Of a stretch of 64,000 nucleotides of DNA, positions 29,388 to 38,767 are shown piece by piece. This DNA comes from an uncultured Armatimonadetes bacterium (GTDB lineage: Bacteria; Armatimonadota; UBA5829; DTJY01). The stretch is taken from positions 3,328,001 to 3,392,000 of the forward strand of contig OY970325.1 of the NCBI GenBank assembly GCA_963717145.1, written 5' to 3'. The notes under the pieces were generated by a model, which saw nothing but the letters and a program-made list of their open reading frames with translations, was not told the DNA's origin and did not search any database. Positions within the stretch are counted from its first letter, which is position 1; each line of letters starts with the position of its first letter. A program made the translations under genes and the position numbers.

Positions 29388-30196
29388 ACTCGGGGTTTCT
29401 CATATCCTCGATCGCGTGGCAGGGAGTCCGGCATTCGGAGGCAATCTCGGCTGTCCGGGCGGCGGGCTTCGGCGGCGTCGAGATTCTCTGCAAGCCGGGG
29501 CATTTCGAATGCGGCAATCGAGCCCATGTCGAGGAGGTCGAAGCCGCGCTCAACGAGTGGCCGGACGCTGATGTGACGTTTCATGCGCCATTCTATGGTG
29601 TCGATCCCGCCTCATCCGATCCGGATGAATGGGATCACTCGATGCGGGAATTGATGCAGTCGCTGGAGGTTGCCTCTCTGCTTCGGGCCGGAAGCATGAC
29701 GGTTCACGTCAGAAGTGTGGAGCAGATGGGCCATTGGGACGATGCCAACCTCCACGCGATTCACCGGGCGCTCGAGCAACTCGTGCCGGCCGCGGCGGAG
29801 AGGAATGTGGCGCTCGCGGTGGAGAACTTCCCGCCTCCGTGTTTCACATCGGACGAACGGGACCTGCTGCAACTGATCGAGGCGTTCCCGTCGGCTGGGA
29901 CGTGCATCGACACCGGGCACGCACATCTCAACGGCAGAGTCGTCGAACTCGCCCGCGCGCTCGCGCCTCGGGCCCTTGCCGCTCACCTGCACGACAACTT
30001 CGGACGCGGGGGAGACAAGCACCTGGTTCCGGGTGAGGGCACGATCCCGTGGCGCGAACTGGTCGAAGCGTTCCGGACCGGCGGCTTTGCGGGCCAACGG
30101 GTGATCGAAGTCAATGCCGTCGGAACGCTCGGGGAGACGCTGGAGAAGGTGAAGACGGCGATCGTGGAAACGGGGCTGTCGGAACTCGCGGCGTAG
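29384..30196 (+). CDS. Sugar phosphate isomerase/epimerase (TIM barrel)
   Basis: GTGA overlap; FHAPF, LAVENF, CIDTGHA, HLHDNFGRGGDKHLVPGEG. Confidence 0.88.
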   Translation: MNSGFLISSIAWQGVRHSEAISAVRAAGFGGVEILCKPGHFECGNRAHVEEVEAALNEWPDADVTFHAPFYGVDPASSDPDEWDHSMRELMQSLEVASLLRAGSMTVHVRSVEQMGHWDDANLHAIHRALEQLVPAAAERNVALAVENFPPPCFTSDERDLLQLIEAFPSAGTCIDTGHAHLNGRVVELARALAPRALAAHLHDNFGRGGDKHLVPGEGTIPWRELVEAFRTGGFAGQRVIEVNAVGTLGETLEKVKTAIVETGLSELAA

Positions 30197-30198
30197 GT

Positions 30199-30262
30199 CT
30201 GTAGGGGCGTGCCTTGTGCCGCCAGGTACCCGGCCCAGGCGGCACAAGGCACGCCCCTACAG
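30199..30262. repeat. Family E REP palindrome
   Basis: CTGTAGGGGCGTGCCTTGTGCCGCC ... GGCGGCACAAGGCACGCCCCTACAG. Confidence 0.9.
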
Positions 30263-30282
30263 CAGATAGACAGGAGATGCGA

Positions 30283-31062
30283 ATGAAGATACTAAGCTGC
30301 AATATCCGGGTCGACGTGAAGGAAGACAGCGATACGGGCAACGGCTGGGACGACCGGAAGGGCCTCTGCCTGGAGGTCATCCGCGCGCAGAACGCCGACC
30401 TCATCTGCTTTCAGGAGTGCAGGGCGGCTCATTACCAGTATCTGAAAAATGGGCTGCCTGAGTACGAGAGCTTCGGTCTGGCGAACCCCGATGCGGTCTT
30501 CAACCCCGGAAACGCGATCTTCTTCTCCCGAGCCCGATTCGAGATTGTCTCAGCCGGGGGATTCTGGCTGTCGGAGACGCCGCACATCGCAGGGTCGCAA
30601 TCGTGGGACTCGGCGCGTCCGAGGTTCGTCAACTACGTCGATCTCAGGGAGCGCGATTCCGGTCGGGAGTTCAGGGTGTGGAACGGCCACCTCGACCATA
30701 TCGGCCAGGTTGCTCGTGAGAATCAGGCGCGGCTCATCGTGGAGGGCGCCTTTGCCCTGCCCGAGGACTTCCCGCAGTTCTTCACCGCCGACTGCAATGC
30801 CGATGCCTCGAATCCCGCGGTTCAGAACGTGATCGCCGGCGGATGGATCGATACCTGGGCGACAGTGAACGGCCCGGACGACCCGGGAATCACCTACCAC
30901 AGGTTCATGGGACCCGGATACGACGGGAAGACGAAGGGGAAGATCGACTTCATCTTCAGCCGCGGTCCGGTCGAGGTGCTCGCCGCCGAGATTATCCGTG
31001 ACAGCCGGGATGGGCATTACCCGAGCGATCACTATTTCCTGTCCGTTGAGGTGAGGATCTGA
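30283..31062 (+). CDS. Endonuclease/exonuclease/phosphatase family protein
   Basis: SCNIR, DLICFQE, NGHLDH, KIDFIF, YPSDH. Confidence 0.9.
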   Translation: MKILSCNIRVDVKEDSDTGNGWDDRKGLCLEVIRAQNADLICFQECRAAHYQYLKNGLPEYESFGLANPDAVFNPGNAIFFSRARFEIVSAGGFWLSETPHIAGSQSWDSARPRFVNYVDLRERDSGREFRVWNGHLDHIGQVARENQARLIVEGAFALPEDFPQFFTADCNADASNPAVQNVIAGGWIDTWATVNGPDDPGITYHRFMGPGYDGKTKGKIDFIFSRGPVEVLAAEIIRDSRDGHYPSDHYFLSVEVRI

Positions 31063-31065
31063 CCG

Positions 31066-31857
31066 ATGAGCAATCAACTGAAGATCATCTGCTGCAATAT
31101 CCGCGTGGATAATCAGGCGGACGCGAAGGCGGGAAATGGCTGGAGCGACCGCAAGGGCATCTGTGTCGAGGTCATGTACGGCCAGCACGCGGACGTCATC
31201 TGCCTGCAGGAGTGCAAAGGGAATCAATACGAGGACCTGAAGCACGGGCTTCCCATGTTCGACGGCTACGGGCTCTCCAACACCGAGAAGGGCTTCAACC
31301 CGTCGAATGCGATCCTGTACCTGCGAACCCGCTTCGACTTGATAACGGCGGGAGGGCACTGGCTCTCGGAATCGCCTCATGTAGCGAGTTCGAAGTCGTG
31401 GGACTCCTCTCTGCCGCGGTTCGTCAACTGGGTCCATCTCAGGGACCGAACTTCCAAGCGGGAGTTCCGGGTCTGGAACGGGCACTTCGATCATATCGGT
31501 CAGGTCGCCCGAGTAAACCAGGCACGGCTGGTCGTCGAGGGCGCGCAGGCCCTCCCGGAGGACCTCCCCCAGTTCTTCACCGCCGACTGCAATGCGGACG
31601 CCTCGAATCCCGCGATCGACGTGTTGAAGAAGGGCGGATGGACGGACACCTATACCGCCGTCCACGGGCCGGAGGACCCGGGGTTCACGTTTCACGGGTT
31701 CATCGGCCCGAAGTATGTGGCCAAGGTGGGCAAGATAGACTTCGTCTTCTGCCGGGGGCCGGTCAAGCCCAAGGCAGCGGAGATCATACGCGATTCCCGG
31801 AATGGCCGGTATCCGAGCGACCATTACTTCGTGTCGGCCGAGGTGACGCTTGAGTAA
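31066..31857 (+). CDS. Endonuclease/exonuclease/phosphatase family protein (tandem paralog)
   Basis: CCNIR, DVICLQE, NGHFDH, KIDFVF, YPSDH. Confidence 0.9.
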   Translation: MSNQLKIICCNIRVDNQADAKAGNGWSDRKGICVEVMYGQHADVICLQECKGNQYEDLKHGLPMFDGYGLSNTEKGFNPSNAILYLRTRFDLITAGGHWLSESPHVASSKSWDSSLPRFVNWVHLRDRTSKREFRVWNGHFDHIGQVARVNQARLVVEGAQALPEDLPQFFTADCNADASNPAIDVLKKGGWTDTYTAVHGPEDPGFTFHGFIGPKYVAKVGKIDFVFCRGPVKPKAAEIIRDSRNGRYPSDHYFVSAEVTLE

Positions 31858-33202
31858 GGACGTTGAGAGAACCGAAGTGGACGTCCTGGTGGTCGGCGGA
31901 GGCCCCTCCGGGATCATCGCCGCCCTCGCAGCCGCTCAGAGCGGACTGAAGGTGGCACTGGTCGAGCAGCGGGGGTACGTCGGGGGCAATCTGACGATCG
32001 GGCTGCCGATCCTGGGGTTCCTCAGTCAAAAGGGCGAGCAGATCATCAAGGGTCTGCCCCAGAAACTCATCGACCGCCTCAGGGCGGTCGATGCCGCAGG
32101 GGAACACCAGCCGTGCCCGCTCCACGTGAGCATCACGCTGATCGACCCGGAGGCGGTGAAGACCGTCGCCCTGGAGATGCTGCGAGAGAGCGGCGTCGAT
32201 GTGATGCTCGACTCGACGTGCGCCGGTGTCGTCATGGATGGAGACAAGCTGACGGGCATCGTCACCGAGGGCAAGGCGGGGCGACAGACGATCACGGCGA
32301 AGGTCATCATCGACTGCACCGGTGACGGCGAAGTGGCGTTCCGAGCGGGCGTCCCGTGCGAGAAGGGCGACGAGCGCGGTGGGATGCAGCCGCCGACCCT
32401 GATGTTCTCCATGGCCGGCGTCGATACCGACAGGCTTCGGATGAGTATCTGCAACCAGCCTCAGACCTACGATGTCGATTTTATCCCGCCGGACTACTTC
32501 TGTCGGAACCGCCGGTTCATCGTCGTCGGGCTGAGGAAGCTCATCGAGAAAGCCCGGGATGCGGGCCTCTCGATCCCGACCGAGCGGACGATCCTCATCA
32601 CCGGACTGCGAGACGGCGAGGTCTGGGTGAACATGACGCGCGTGAAAGGCGTTGACGGCACGGACCCGAGCAGTCTATCAGCCGGCGAGGTCGAAGCCGC
32701 CGGACAGATCGAAGACATTCGAAAGTACCTGATCGAGTACGTGCCCGGCTTCGAGAAGGCTCACCTCGCCCGGACCGCGCCATTCCTGGGTATCCGCGAA
32801 ACGAGGAGGATCGTCGGCCGGTACGTGATGACGAGGGACGACATCCTCGAGTGCCGCCGATTCGATGATGCGATCGCGGTCGGCAGCTACCCCATTGACC
32901 TCCACAGTCCGAACGATCAGGACGGCCTGTTAGAGTGGTGCGGCGACTGTTACGACATCCCCTATCGCTCGCTCGTTCCCCAGCGCGTGGAGAACCTGCT
33001 CGTCGCCGGGAGGTGCATCTCGACGACGCATGAGGCGATGGCGGCGATCAGGGTGATGTCGACTTGCATGGCGATGGGAGAGGCCGCCGGTCGCGCCGCG
33101 GGAATGGCTGTCCGTAAGGGAGTCGCCCCATCTTGCATCGACGTGGATGCGCTCCGAGAGGAACTCATCACTCGCGGGGCATATCTTCGACCCGAGCCGT
33201 AG
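31850..33202 (+). CDS. FAD-dependent oxidoreductase
   Basis: DVLVVGGGPSG, IDCTGDG, IRETRRI, YDIPYRSLVP, LLVAGRCIS. Confidence 0.9.
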   Translation: MSKDVERTEVDVLVVGGGPSGIIAALAAAQSGLKVALVEQRGYVGGNLTIGLPILGFLSQKGEQIIKGLPQKLIDRLRAVDAAGEHQPCPLHVSITLIDPEAVKTVALEMLRESGVDVMLDSTCAGVVMDGDKLTGIVTEGKAGRQTITAKVIIDCTGDGEVAFRAGVPCEKGDERGGMQPPTLMFSMAGVDTDRLRMSICNQPQTYDVDFIPPDYFCRNRRFIVVGLRKLIEKARDAGLSIPTERTILITGLRDGEVWVNMTRVKGVDGTDPSSLSAGEVEAAGQIEDIRKYLIEYVPGFEKAHLARTAPFLGIRETRRIVGRYVMTRDDILECRRFDDAIAVGSYPIDLHSPNDQDGLLEWCGDCYDIPYRSLVPQRVENLLVAGRCISTTHEAMAAIRVMSTCMAMGEAAGRAAGMAVRKGVAPSCIDVDALREELITRGAYLRPEP

Positions 33203-33272
33203 TGGCCGTGCCTCTGTGCCGGCCAGACATGGCACTCGGGGATGGCCGGCACAGAGGCACGGCCACTACGGC
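33196..33272. repeat. Family B REP palindrome overlapping two convergent stop codons
   Basis: The GTAG of each arm contains the TAG stop of a flanking gene (33200-33202 on +, 33266-33268 on -). Confidence 0.88.
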
Positions 33273-34072
33273 GCCACACGATCCTGCAGCAGACGTGCCG
33301 CATTCCCACCGAGCACGGCGGCGATCTCATCATCGGTGAGGTCGAGGGCGCGAATCCCGGCGACCTCGGTGGACTGATCGGTCCAGGGGGAGTCCGTGGC
33401 GAAGAGGATCTTGTCGATGCCGTGAGCGCGCATGAGAACGGTCATCGCTTCCGGCCCCATGTCCGCCAGCGAGTATGACGAGTCGAAGCAGAGATTCCGG
33501 CCCGCGAGGTAGCGCTCGACGTCCTCCCAGCACTTGTATCCCCCCATGTGCGCCGCGATCACCGTCAGGTCCGGGACGGCATCCAATGCGCGGGCCAGGC
33601 GATCGGGCGAGCAGTGTACGGGAGGCGGCAGACCGATATCCACCCCTGCATGGAAGAGCACAATGAGGCCCGCGTCGGCCAGCATCCGATACATGGGAAT
33701 CACTTCGGGCGCATCCACAAAGAACTCCTGGTAGTCCGGGTGGAACTTCACGCCCGCGATCCCATCGGCCACAAGGCGATCGATCTCGGCCTGCATATCG
33801 TCCTGAAGCGGATGAAGCGTCCCAAAGCAGGTCAGCTCCGGGTACTGCTTGTTGACCCCGGCGGCCCAATTGTTGATGCTCCTCACCTGACTCGGCTTGG
33901 TCGCGATCGGCATGATGGCCGAGCGGTCGATCCCGGCGGCCCGCATCGAGGCGATCAGCCCGGCGCAGGTGCCGTCGGTCTGCGGGGGGACATCGCAGCC
34001 GTCGGAGAGCAGTTGGAGAGCGCGTGGGGCCAGCTCGTCCGGGAATGCGTGTGTGTGAATGTCGATGATCAT
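33266..34072 (-). CDS. Amidohydrolase family protein
   Basis: IDIHTH, GVKFHPDYQ, VLFHAG, IAAHMGG, ILFATDSPW. Confidence 0.9.
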   Translation of the reverse strand: MIIDIHTHAFPDELAPRALQLLSDGCDVPPQTDGTCAGLIASMRAAGIDRSAIMPIATKPSQVRSINNWAAGVNKQYPELTCFGTLHPLQDDMQAEIDRLVADGIAGVKFHPDYQEFFVDAPEVIPMYRMLADAGLIVLFHAGVDIGLPPPVHCSPDRLARALDAVPDLTVIAAHMGGYKCWEDVERYLAGRNLCFDSSYSLADMGPEAMTVLMRAHGIDKILFATDSPWTDQSTEVAGIRALDLTDDEIAAVLGGNAARLLQDRVAP

Positions 34073-34145
34073 GGAAGTGTCACCTCGCCTGGTATGCGGT
34101 CAATACATTATAGCGAGGAATCACGAGAGAAGGCAACGGTGTATT

Positions 34146-34250
34146 GCGCGATGCTTCGGTAGCAGAGGCCCGGCGGCGCTACCGAAGCACCATGGCTGAT
34201 GGTCCATGCTTCGGCAGCGCCGCCGGGCCTCTGCTACCGAAGCATCGCGC
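34146..34250. repeat. Palindrome of palindromes, family K (TGCTTCGG.AGC...GCT.CCGAAGCA)
   Basis: Two inverted hairpin units; one unit also nested at 43272-43314. Confidence 0.85.
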
Positions 34251-36902
34251 TCAAAACCGTCCAAGGGCCTGCGCCAGATCGATGCCCGGACCCAGGACCG
34301 GCGTGAAGAGGTCGCCCACCTTGTCGAGCCGCTTGCGGATCGTTCGGATCGTGAACTTCGTCGGATCGAGCCCCGCTTTGACTTCCTCCCATTTCAGTGG
34401 AGTTGATACCGTCGCGCCGGGTCGCGGCCGAACGCAGTACGCGGCGGCGAGCGTCTGTCCGCGGCTGTTCTGCAGGTAGTCGAGGTAGACCTTCCCCTGG
34501 CGCTTGGCCGGATGGCGCTCGACGCTCGTGGTCTCGGGAAGCTTCTGGTTCGCCAGGTGAGCGATGATCTTGGTGAAATCCCGCGCCTGCTCGTAGGTAT
34601 ACTTCGCGCCGAGTGGGATATAGATGTGCAACCCGGTCGCGCCGGAAGTCTTGGGGCAGCTTTGGACGCCCGCGCTCTTGAGTATGCGATGAACCGCCTG
34701 CGCCGCCTTGACGACCTCGCCGAATGAGATGTCCTCGGGATCGAGGTCCATGATGGCGAAATCGGGCTTGTCGGGCTGATCGGCGCGCGAGTTCCAGGGA
34801 TTCAGCTCGATGCACGCGAGATTGGCAAGGAAGACGAGCGCGGCGTCCTCCTGACAGAGCAGGTAGTCGACGTATCCTCGCTCGCCCTCTGACGGGATCT
34901 TCACGGTCGGGATCCAATCGGGGATCTGCTCGCTGTTCACATTCTTCTGATAGAAACTCTCGCCGTCGATGCCGTCGGGATGCCGATTGAGCGACTCGGG
35001 CCGGTCCTTGAGGTAAGGCAGAATGAAGGGGGCGATCTCCCGGTAGTAGTCGATCAGGTCGCCCTTGGTGTAGCCGTCCTCGGGCCAGAAGACCTTGTCG
35101 AGGTTCGTAAGCCTGAGCTTGTGCCCGCCGATCTCGATCTCCATGTCCTTCTCCTTCTTTCCCTTGGGTTTCCGGGCGAACCTGCCCTCGGATTTCGTCT
35201 CCTCGGCAGACACCCTCACCCCCGCCCCCTCTCCCTCAGAAGGGCGAGGGGAGTTCTCCCGCATTCCACTCCCCTCGCCCTTCTGAGGGAGAGGGGGCGG
35301 GGGTGAGGGTCGGTTCTCTGGAGGAGATGTCGGTTTCTCGCGGATGACCTCGCGGGGCGGCTTGTCCTCCCTCAGGCCGACGATCACCGGCTTGCGGAGG
35401 AGTCCATCCCCCGTCCACTCGGAGAACTCCACCTCGCAGACAAGCTCGGGCTCGACCCAGTGGGCCGGCATGTTCGTCTTCGGCTTCGTCTTGAACGGCG
35501 ATTCGGGTCGCTCCAGCGCCTTGAGCTTCGAATGGATCGCGACGAGGCTCTTCTCATCGAGCCCGCTTCCCGCGTGCCCGACATACACGAGGTCATCGCC
35601 GTCGTAGACTCCGAGCACGAGCGCGCCGAAGCCCGTGCGGCTCCCACGAGGCTCGGTCCAGCCGCCGATCACGAACTCCTGACGAAGCTGCGTCCGAACC
35701 TTGAGCCACTCGCGGGTCCGCTCCCCCGATCGGTACGGGCTGTCCCCCTTCTTCGCAACGATGCCTTCGAGCCCCTGCTCCCTGGCCGCACGGAAGAGCG
35801 ATTCGCCCTGGTCCATGACGTGGTCGCTCAGTTTGATCGTTGGCAGGTCGGGGAGAACCGTGTGGAGGATGTCCTTTCGCCTCAGGAGCGGCAGTTTGCG
35901 CAGATCGTGGCCCTCCAGATAGAGCAGGTCGAAGACGTAGTAGACAAGAGTTCCACTTCGGGTGCGAAGGTAGTTCTGGAGGAGCTGAAACTGCGAGACA
36001 CCTTTCTCATCCACGATCACGACCTCGCCATCGAGGATCGCCTCCAGTCCGATCTTCGGGAGCGCCTCCATGATCGATGGAAACCGGTCGTTGAAGGGCT
36101 GCAGGTTGCGCGAGTAGAGACGCACATCGCCCTGACGGACCTCCGCGATCGCGCGGTAGCCGTCCCATTTGACCTCGAATAGCCAACCCTCTCGATCGAA
36201 CGGCTCGTCGACGAGCGTCGCGAGCATCGGCTTCACGTCACGAGGCATCGGAGACTCGGGCGCGTCGGAGAGATCGACGCCCTCCAGTGCCTTGGCGGGC
36301 ATCCACGTCTCTCCGGCGGTTGACGCCTCAGCCGCGATCTCATCCATCGTCCGCCCGGAAGCTGCGGATAGGTCGTCCTTCAGAATATCGTCATCGGAGG
36401 CATCGTCATCCGCGACCTTGAAGAACAACCAGGCGTTCTCCTCTTTGCTGCGCTGCATGTGGGCGAGGACGAACCTGCCGTGCAGCTTCCTACCGTTGAG
36501 GATGAAAGCGAAATGGCCCTTTGTGAGTGCCTTGGAGATCGATTCCTCCATCTCCTCCGGCGAGCACGACTCGGGGATGCAGTAGTAGCCCTCGTCCCAT
36601 ACCATGACCGACCCGGCGCCGTATTCGCCCTCGGGAATGACTCCCTCGAAGGTCCGGTAGTCCAAAGGATGGTCCTCGACCATCACCGCCAGACGCTTCT
36701 CGTGAGGATTCGTGGACGGCCCCTTCGGGATGGCCCAACTCTTCAGGACGCCCGCGAGTTCGAGCCGGAGGTCGTAGTGCAGGTGTGACGACTTGTGCTT
36801 CTGGACGACGAATCGAAGCCGCCCGTCCGAGGTCGCCTCCCCCCCGGATGGCTCGGGCGATCGTTTGAAATCGCGTTTCTCCTTGTACTTTTCCAGGCTC
36901 AT
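34251..36902 (-). CDS. ligD: NHEJ DNA ligase D (phosphoesterase-ligase-polymerase) with an in-frame palindromic insertion
   Basis: FVVQKH..HYDLRLE; FEVKWDGYR, EGIVAK; LTNLDKVFWP, DLDP, KTSGATGLH. Confidence 0.96.
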   Translation of the reverse strand: MSLEKYKEKRDFKRSPEPSGGEATSDGRLRFVVQKHKSSHLHYDLRLELAGVLKSWAIPKGPSTNPHEKRLAVMVEDHPLDYRTFEGVIPEGEYGAGSVMVWDEGYYCIPESCSPEEMEESISKALTKGHFAFILNGRKLHGRFVLAHMQRSKEENAWLFFKVADDDASDDDILKDDLSAASGRTMDEIAAEASTAGETWMPAKALEGVDLSDAPESPMPRDVKPMLATLVDEPFDREGWLFEVKWDGYRAIAEVRQGDVRLYSRNLQPFNDRFPSIMEALPKIGLEAILDGEVVIVDEKGVSQFQLLQNYLRTRSGTLVYYVFDLLYLEGHDLRKLPLLRRKDILHTVLPDLPTIKLSDHVMDQGESLFRAAREQGLEGIVAKKGDSPYRSGERTREWLKVRTQLRQEFVIGGWTEPRGSRTGFGALVLGVYDGDDLVYVGHAGSGLDEKSLVAIHSKLKALERPESPFKTKPKTNMPAHWVEPELVCEVEFSEWTGDGLLRKPVIVGLREDKPPREVIREKPTSPPENRPSPPPPLPQKGEGSGMRENSPRPSEGEGAGVRVSAEETKSEGRFARKPKGKKEKDMEIEIGGHKLRLTNLDKVFWPEDGYTKGDLIDYYREIAPFILPYLKDRPESLNRHPDGIDGESFYQKNVNSEQIPDWIPTVKIPSEGERGYVDYLLCQEDAALVFLANLACIELNPWNSRADQPDKPDFAIMDLDPEDISFGEVVKAAQAVHRILKSAGVQSCPKTSGATGLHIYIPLGAKYTYEQARDFTKIIAHLANQKLPETTSVERHPAKRQGKVYLDYLQNSRGQTLAAAYCVRPRPGATVSTPLKWEEVKAGLDPTKFTIRTIRKRLDKVGDLFTPVLGPGIDLAQALGRF
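35212..35310. repeat. Family I palindrome inside ligD
   Basis: 43 bp perfect arms; related intergenic element at 58407-58498. Confidence 0.88.
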
Positions 36903-36912
36903 GGGAATCATC

Positions 36913-37027
36913 CTTTGGAGTGCGATGGCTTGACATCGCTTTGATCCGGGCAGCTCGATGCCTTCCGGGGGGCCGCCGTGTCCAGCCACGGCTCGGCAAA
37001 GCGATGTCAAGCCATCGCACTCCAAAG
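36913..37027. repeat. Family H palindrome (GGAGTGCG.TGGCT.GACA.CGCTTT)
   Basis: 31 bp arms; second copy 53960-54050. Confidence 0.88.
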
Positions 37028-37029
37028 CA

Positions 37030-37812
37030 TCACGCGGCCTTGTCGGACTTCTGCTCGAGGCTCTTCTTCAGTACCGACATGAGGTCCACGACTTCGGTGG
37101 GCTTGGGCTCCTCTCCGCGAGCAACGGGCACTCTGCCCTGAGACTTCTCCTCGATGACCCTTTTCAACTCGGTCGTGTACCGATCGGTGTACTTCTCGGG
37201 CTTGAAATGGTCCGTCAGCTTGTCGATCAGCGCCAGGGCGAGTTCGATCTCCTTCTCTTTGGCCTCCCCCGATTCGGGCAGCTTGAGGCCCTCGGGCTCT
37301 CTGATCTCGGACTGATACCTCAACTGGTTCAGGACGAGCAGGTCGCCCGACGGCTTGACCGCCGCGATATGCTCGCGGTTCCTCAAGACGAACCGGGCGA
37401 TTCCCACCTTGCCCGACTTGCGGAGAGCTTCCCTGAGCAGCGCATACGGCTTGGCGGCTCCTTTGTCCGGCTCGAGGTAATACGGCTTGTCGAAGTAGAT
37501 GTCGTCGATCTCCGTCTCCTCGACGAAGTCCTCGATCTCGATCGAGTGCGTGAGCGTGACGTCCGCCCGCTGGAAATCGTCGTCCGTCATAACGACGTAC
37601 TGCCCGTCCTCGTATTCGTAGCCCTTGACGATCTCCTCGTTGGGGACTTCCTCACCCTCGACCTTACAGACCTTGGCGTAGCGGATTGGGGACATATCCT
37701 TCTCGTGCAGCAGATCGAACTCGAGCTTCGCCTCGCCGCCTACTGCACTGTAGAGTCTCACGGGAATATTTACGAGTCCGAAGCTGATGGACCCGGACCA
37801 CATGGCTCGCAT
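37030..37812 (-). CDS. ku: NHEJ Ku protein
   Basis: WSGSISFGLVNIPVRLYSA, IVKGYEY, PYYLEP, VVDLMSVLKKS. Confidence 0.96.
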   Translation of the reverse strand: MRAMWSGSISFGLVNIPVRLYSAVGGEAKLEFDLLHEKDMSPIRYAKVCKVEGEEVPNEEIVKGYEYEDGQYVVMTDDDFQRADVTLTHSIEIEDFVEETEIDDIYFDKPYYLEPDKGAAKPYALLREALRKSGKVGIARFVLRNREHIAAVKPSGDLLVLNQLRYQSEIREPEGLKLPESGEAKEKEIELALALIDKLTDHFKPEKYTDRYTTELKRVIEEKSQGRVPVARGEEPKPTEVVDLMSVLKKSLEQKSDKAA

Positions 37813-37853
37813 GGCAACCTCCTTGCCGTGACTACCACGGCGCGTATCAGGTG

Positions 37854-37880
37854 ATACCCCTGGCGCGGATGAGTGAAAAC
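37854..37880 (-). promoter_or_regulatory. SigB/SigF-type promoter candidate of ku-ligD
   Basis: Minus strand GTTT-N17-GGGTAT upstream of an AAGGAGG RBS. Confidence 0.65.
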
Positions 37881-37949
37881 ATGAGGTTGGACGCTTGCTG
37901 TCATTCTGAGCACGTTACTGCACTGCATGCAGTTGTTTCCGTGAGAAAC

Positions 37950-38066
37950 CACCGTCAGTCCTGAGTGCGCCGGTGAATGACGGCGTGTAACGAAGGACGG
38001 CCTTGTGGCACCGAGCCGTCCTTCGTTACACGCCGTCATTCACCGGCGCACTCAGGACTGACGGTG
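37950..38066. repeat. Family F palindrome
   Basis: ~52 bp perfect arms. Confidence 0.9.
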
Positions 38067-38099
38067 AGGCTTTCTTGGGAACGAAAGCGAGAATGTGAA

Positions 38100-38738
38100 C
38101 TACGGGAGGCCGGGGCCGTTGGTGCATATGCTCAGAGCGGGGGTCTGCCTGGGGGTGATTTCGCCTGTGAGATCGGCGACCGCTTTGTCGGCCTCCTGCA
38201 AGGCCCGAAGGAACGACCGCGCGTTGTCCTGGGGGACGTCCGCCAGACAGCGGGCGCAGTATGTCCGCTCGCCCATGAGCGCCCGCCGCTTATCGTAGAA
38301 AGACACGACGATCGGGAACGGCTCGGGCGACCCACAGAGGCGGCATTTCGAGATCGGCCGGACGGTGCTCCCGGTCTGATCGCAGAGGTCGACGATCATG
38401 TCGTAGAACGGCCGGTCGAAGTGCCGGTGAGTGATGACGAACGGGAAGTTCTTCCCGAGAAAGTCCTCGATCTCGTTGAGAAGCTTCTGATCGTCCTGAA
38501 GCACCTGCACCACGTAGCTCGTCAGCTTCCCACTGGAAAGCTCGACCACGGAGATGTCGGCCGAGAGCCCCTCGAAGAAGCCCGCGAGTTGCAGAGACGA
38601 GTTCGGGTCCTCGCCCTCGACGAGATAGACCGCGCGCACTCCATGAGCGCGGTGGTCCACACGGATCTCGCCAAGCCTTCGAGCGGAAGGACTGGATACC
38701 GTATTCGGTTGTCGGCTCAGGCCCTGTCTCGGAAGCAT
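38100..38738 (-). CDS. Hypothetical protein with a CxxC...CxxC motif
   Basis: CRLC and CARC; start uncertain. Confidence 0.65.
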   Translation of the reverse strand: MLPRQGLSRQPNTVSSPSARRLGEIRVDHRAHGVRAVYLVEGEDPNSSLQLAGFFEGLSADISVVELSSGKLTSYVVQVLQDDQKLLNEIEDFLGKNFPFVITHRHFDRPFYDMIVDLCDQTGSTVRPISKCRLCGSPEPFPIVVSFYDKRRALMGERTYCARCLADVPQDNARSFLRALQEADKAVADLTGEITPRQTPALSICTNGPGLP

Positions 38739-38767
38739 CGCCCTTCTCCAACCGATATCTCTCGCAC

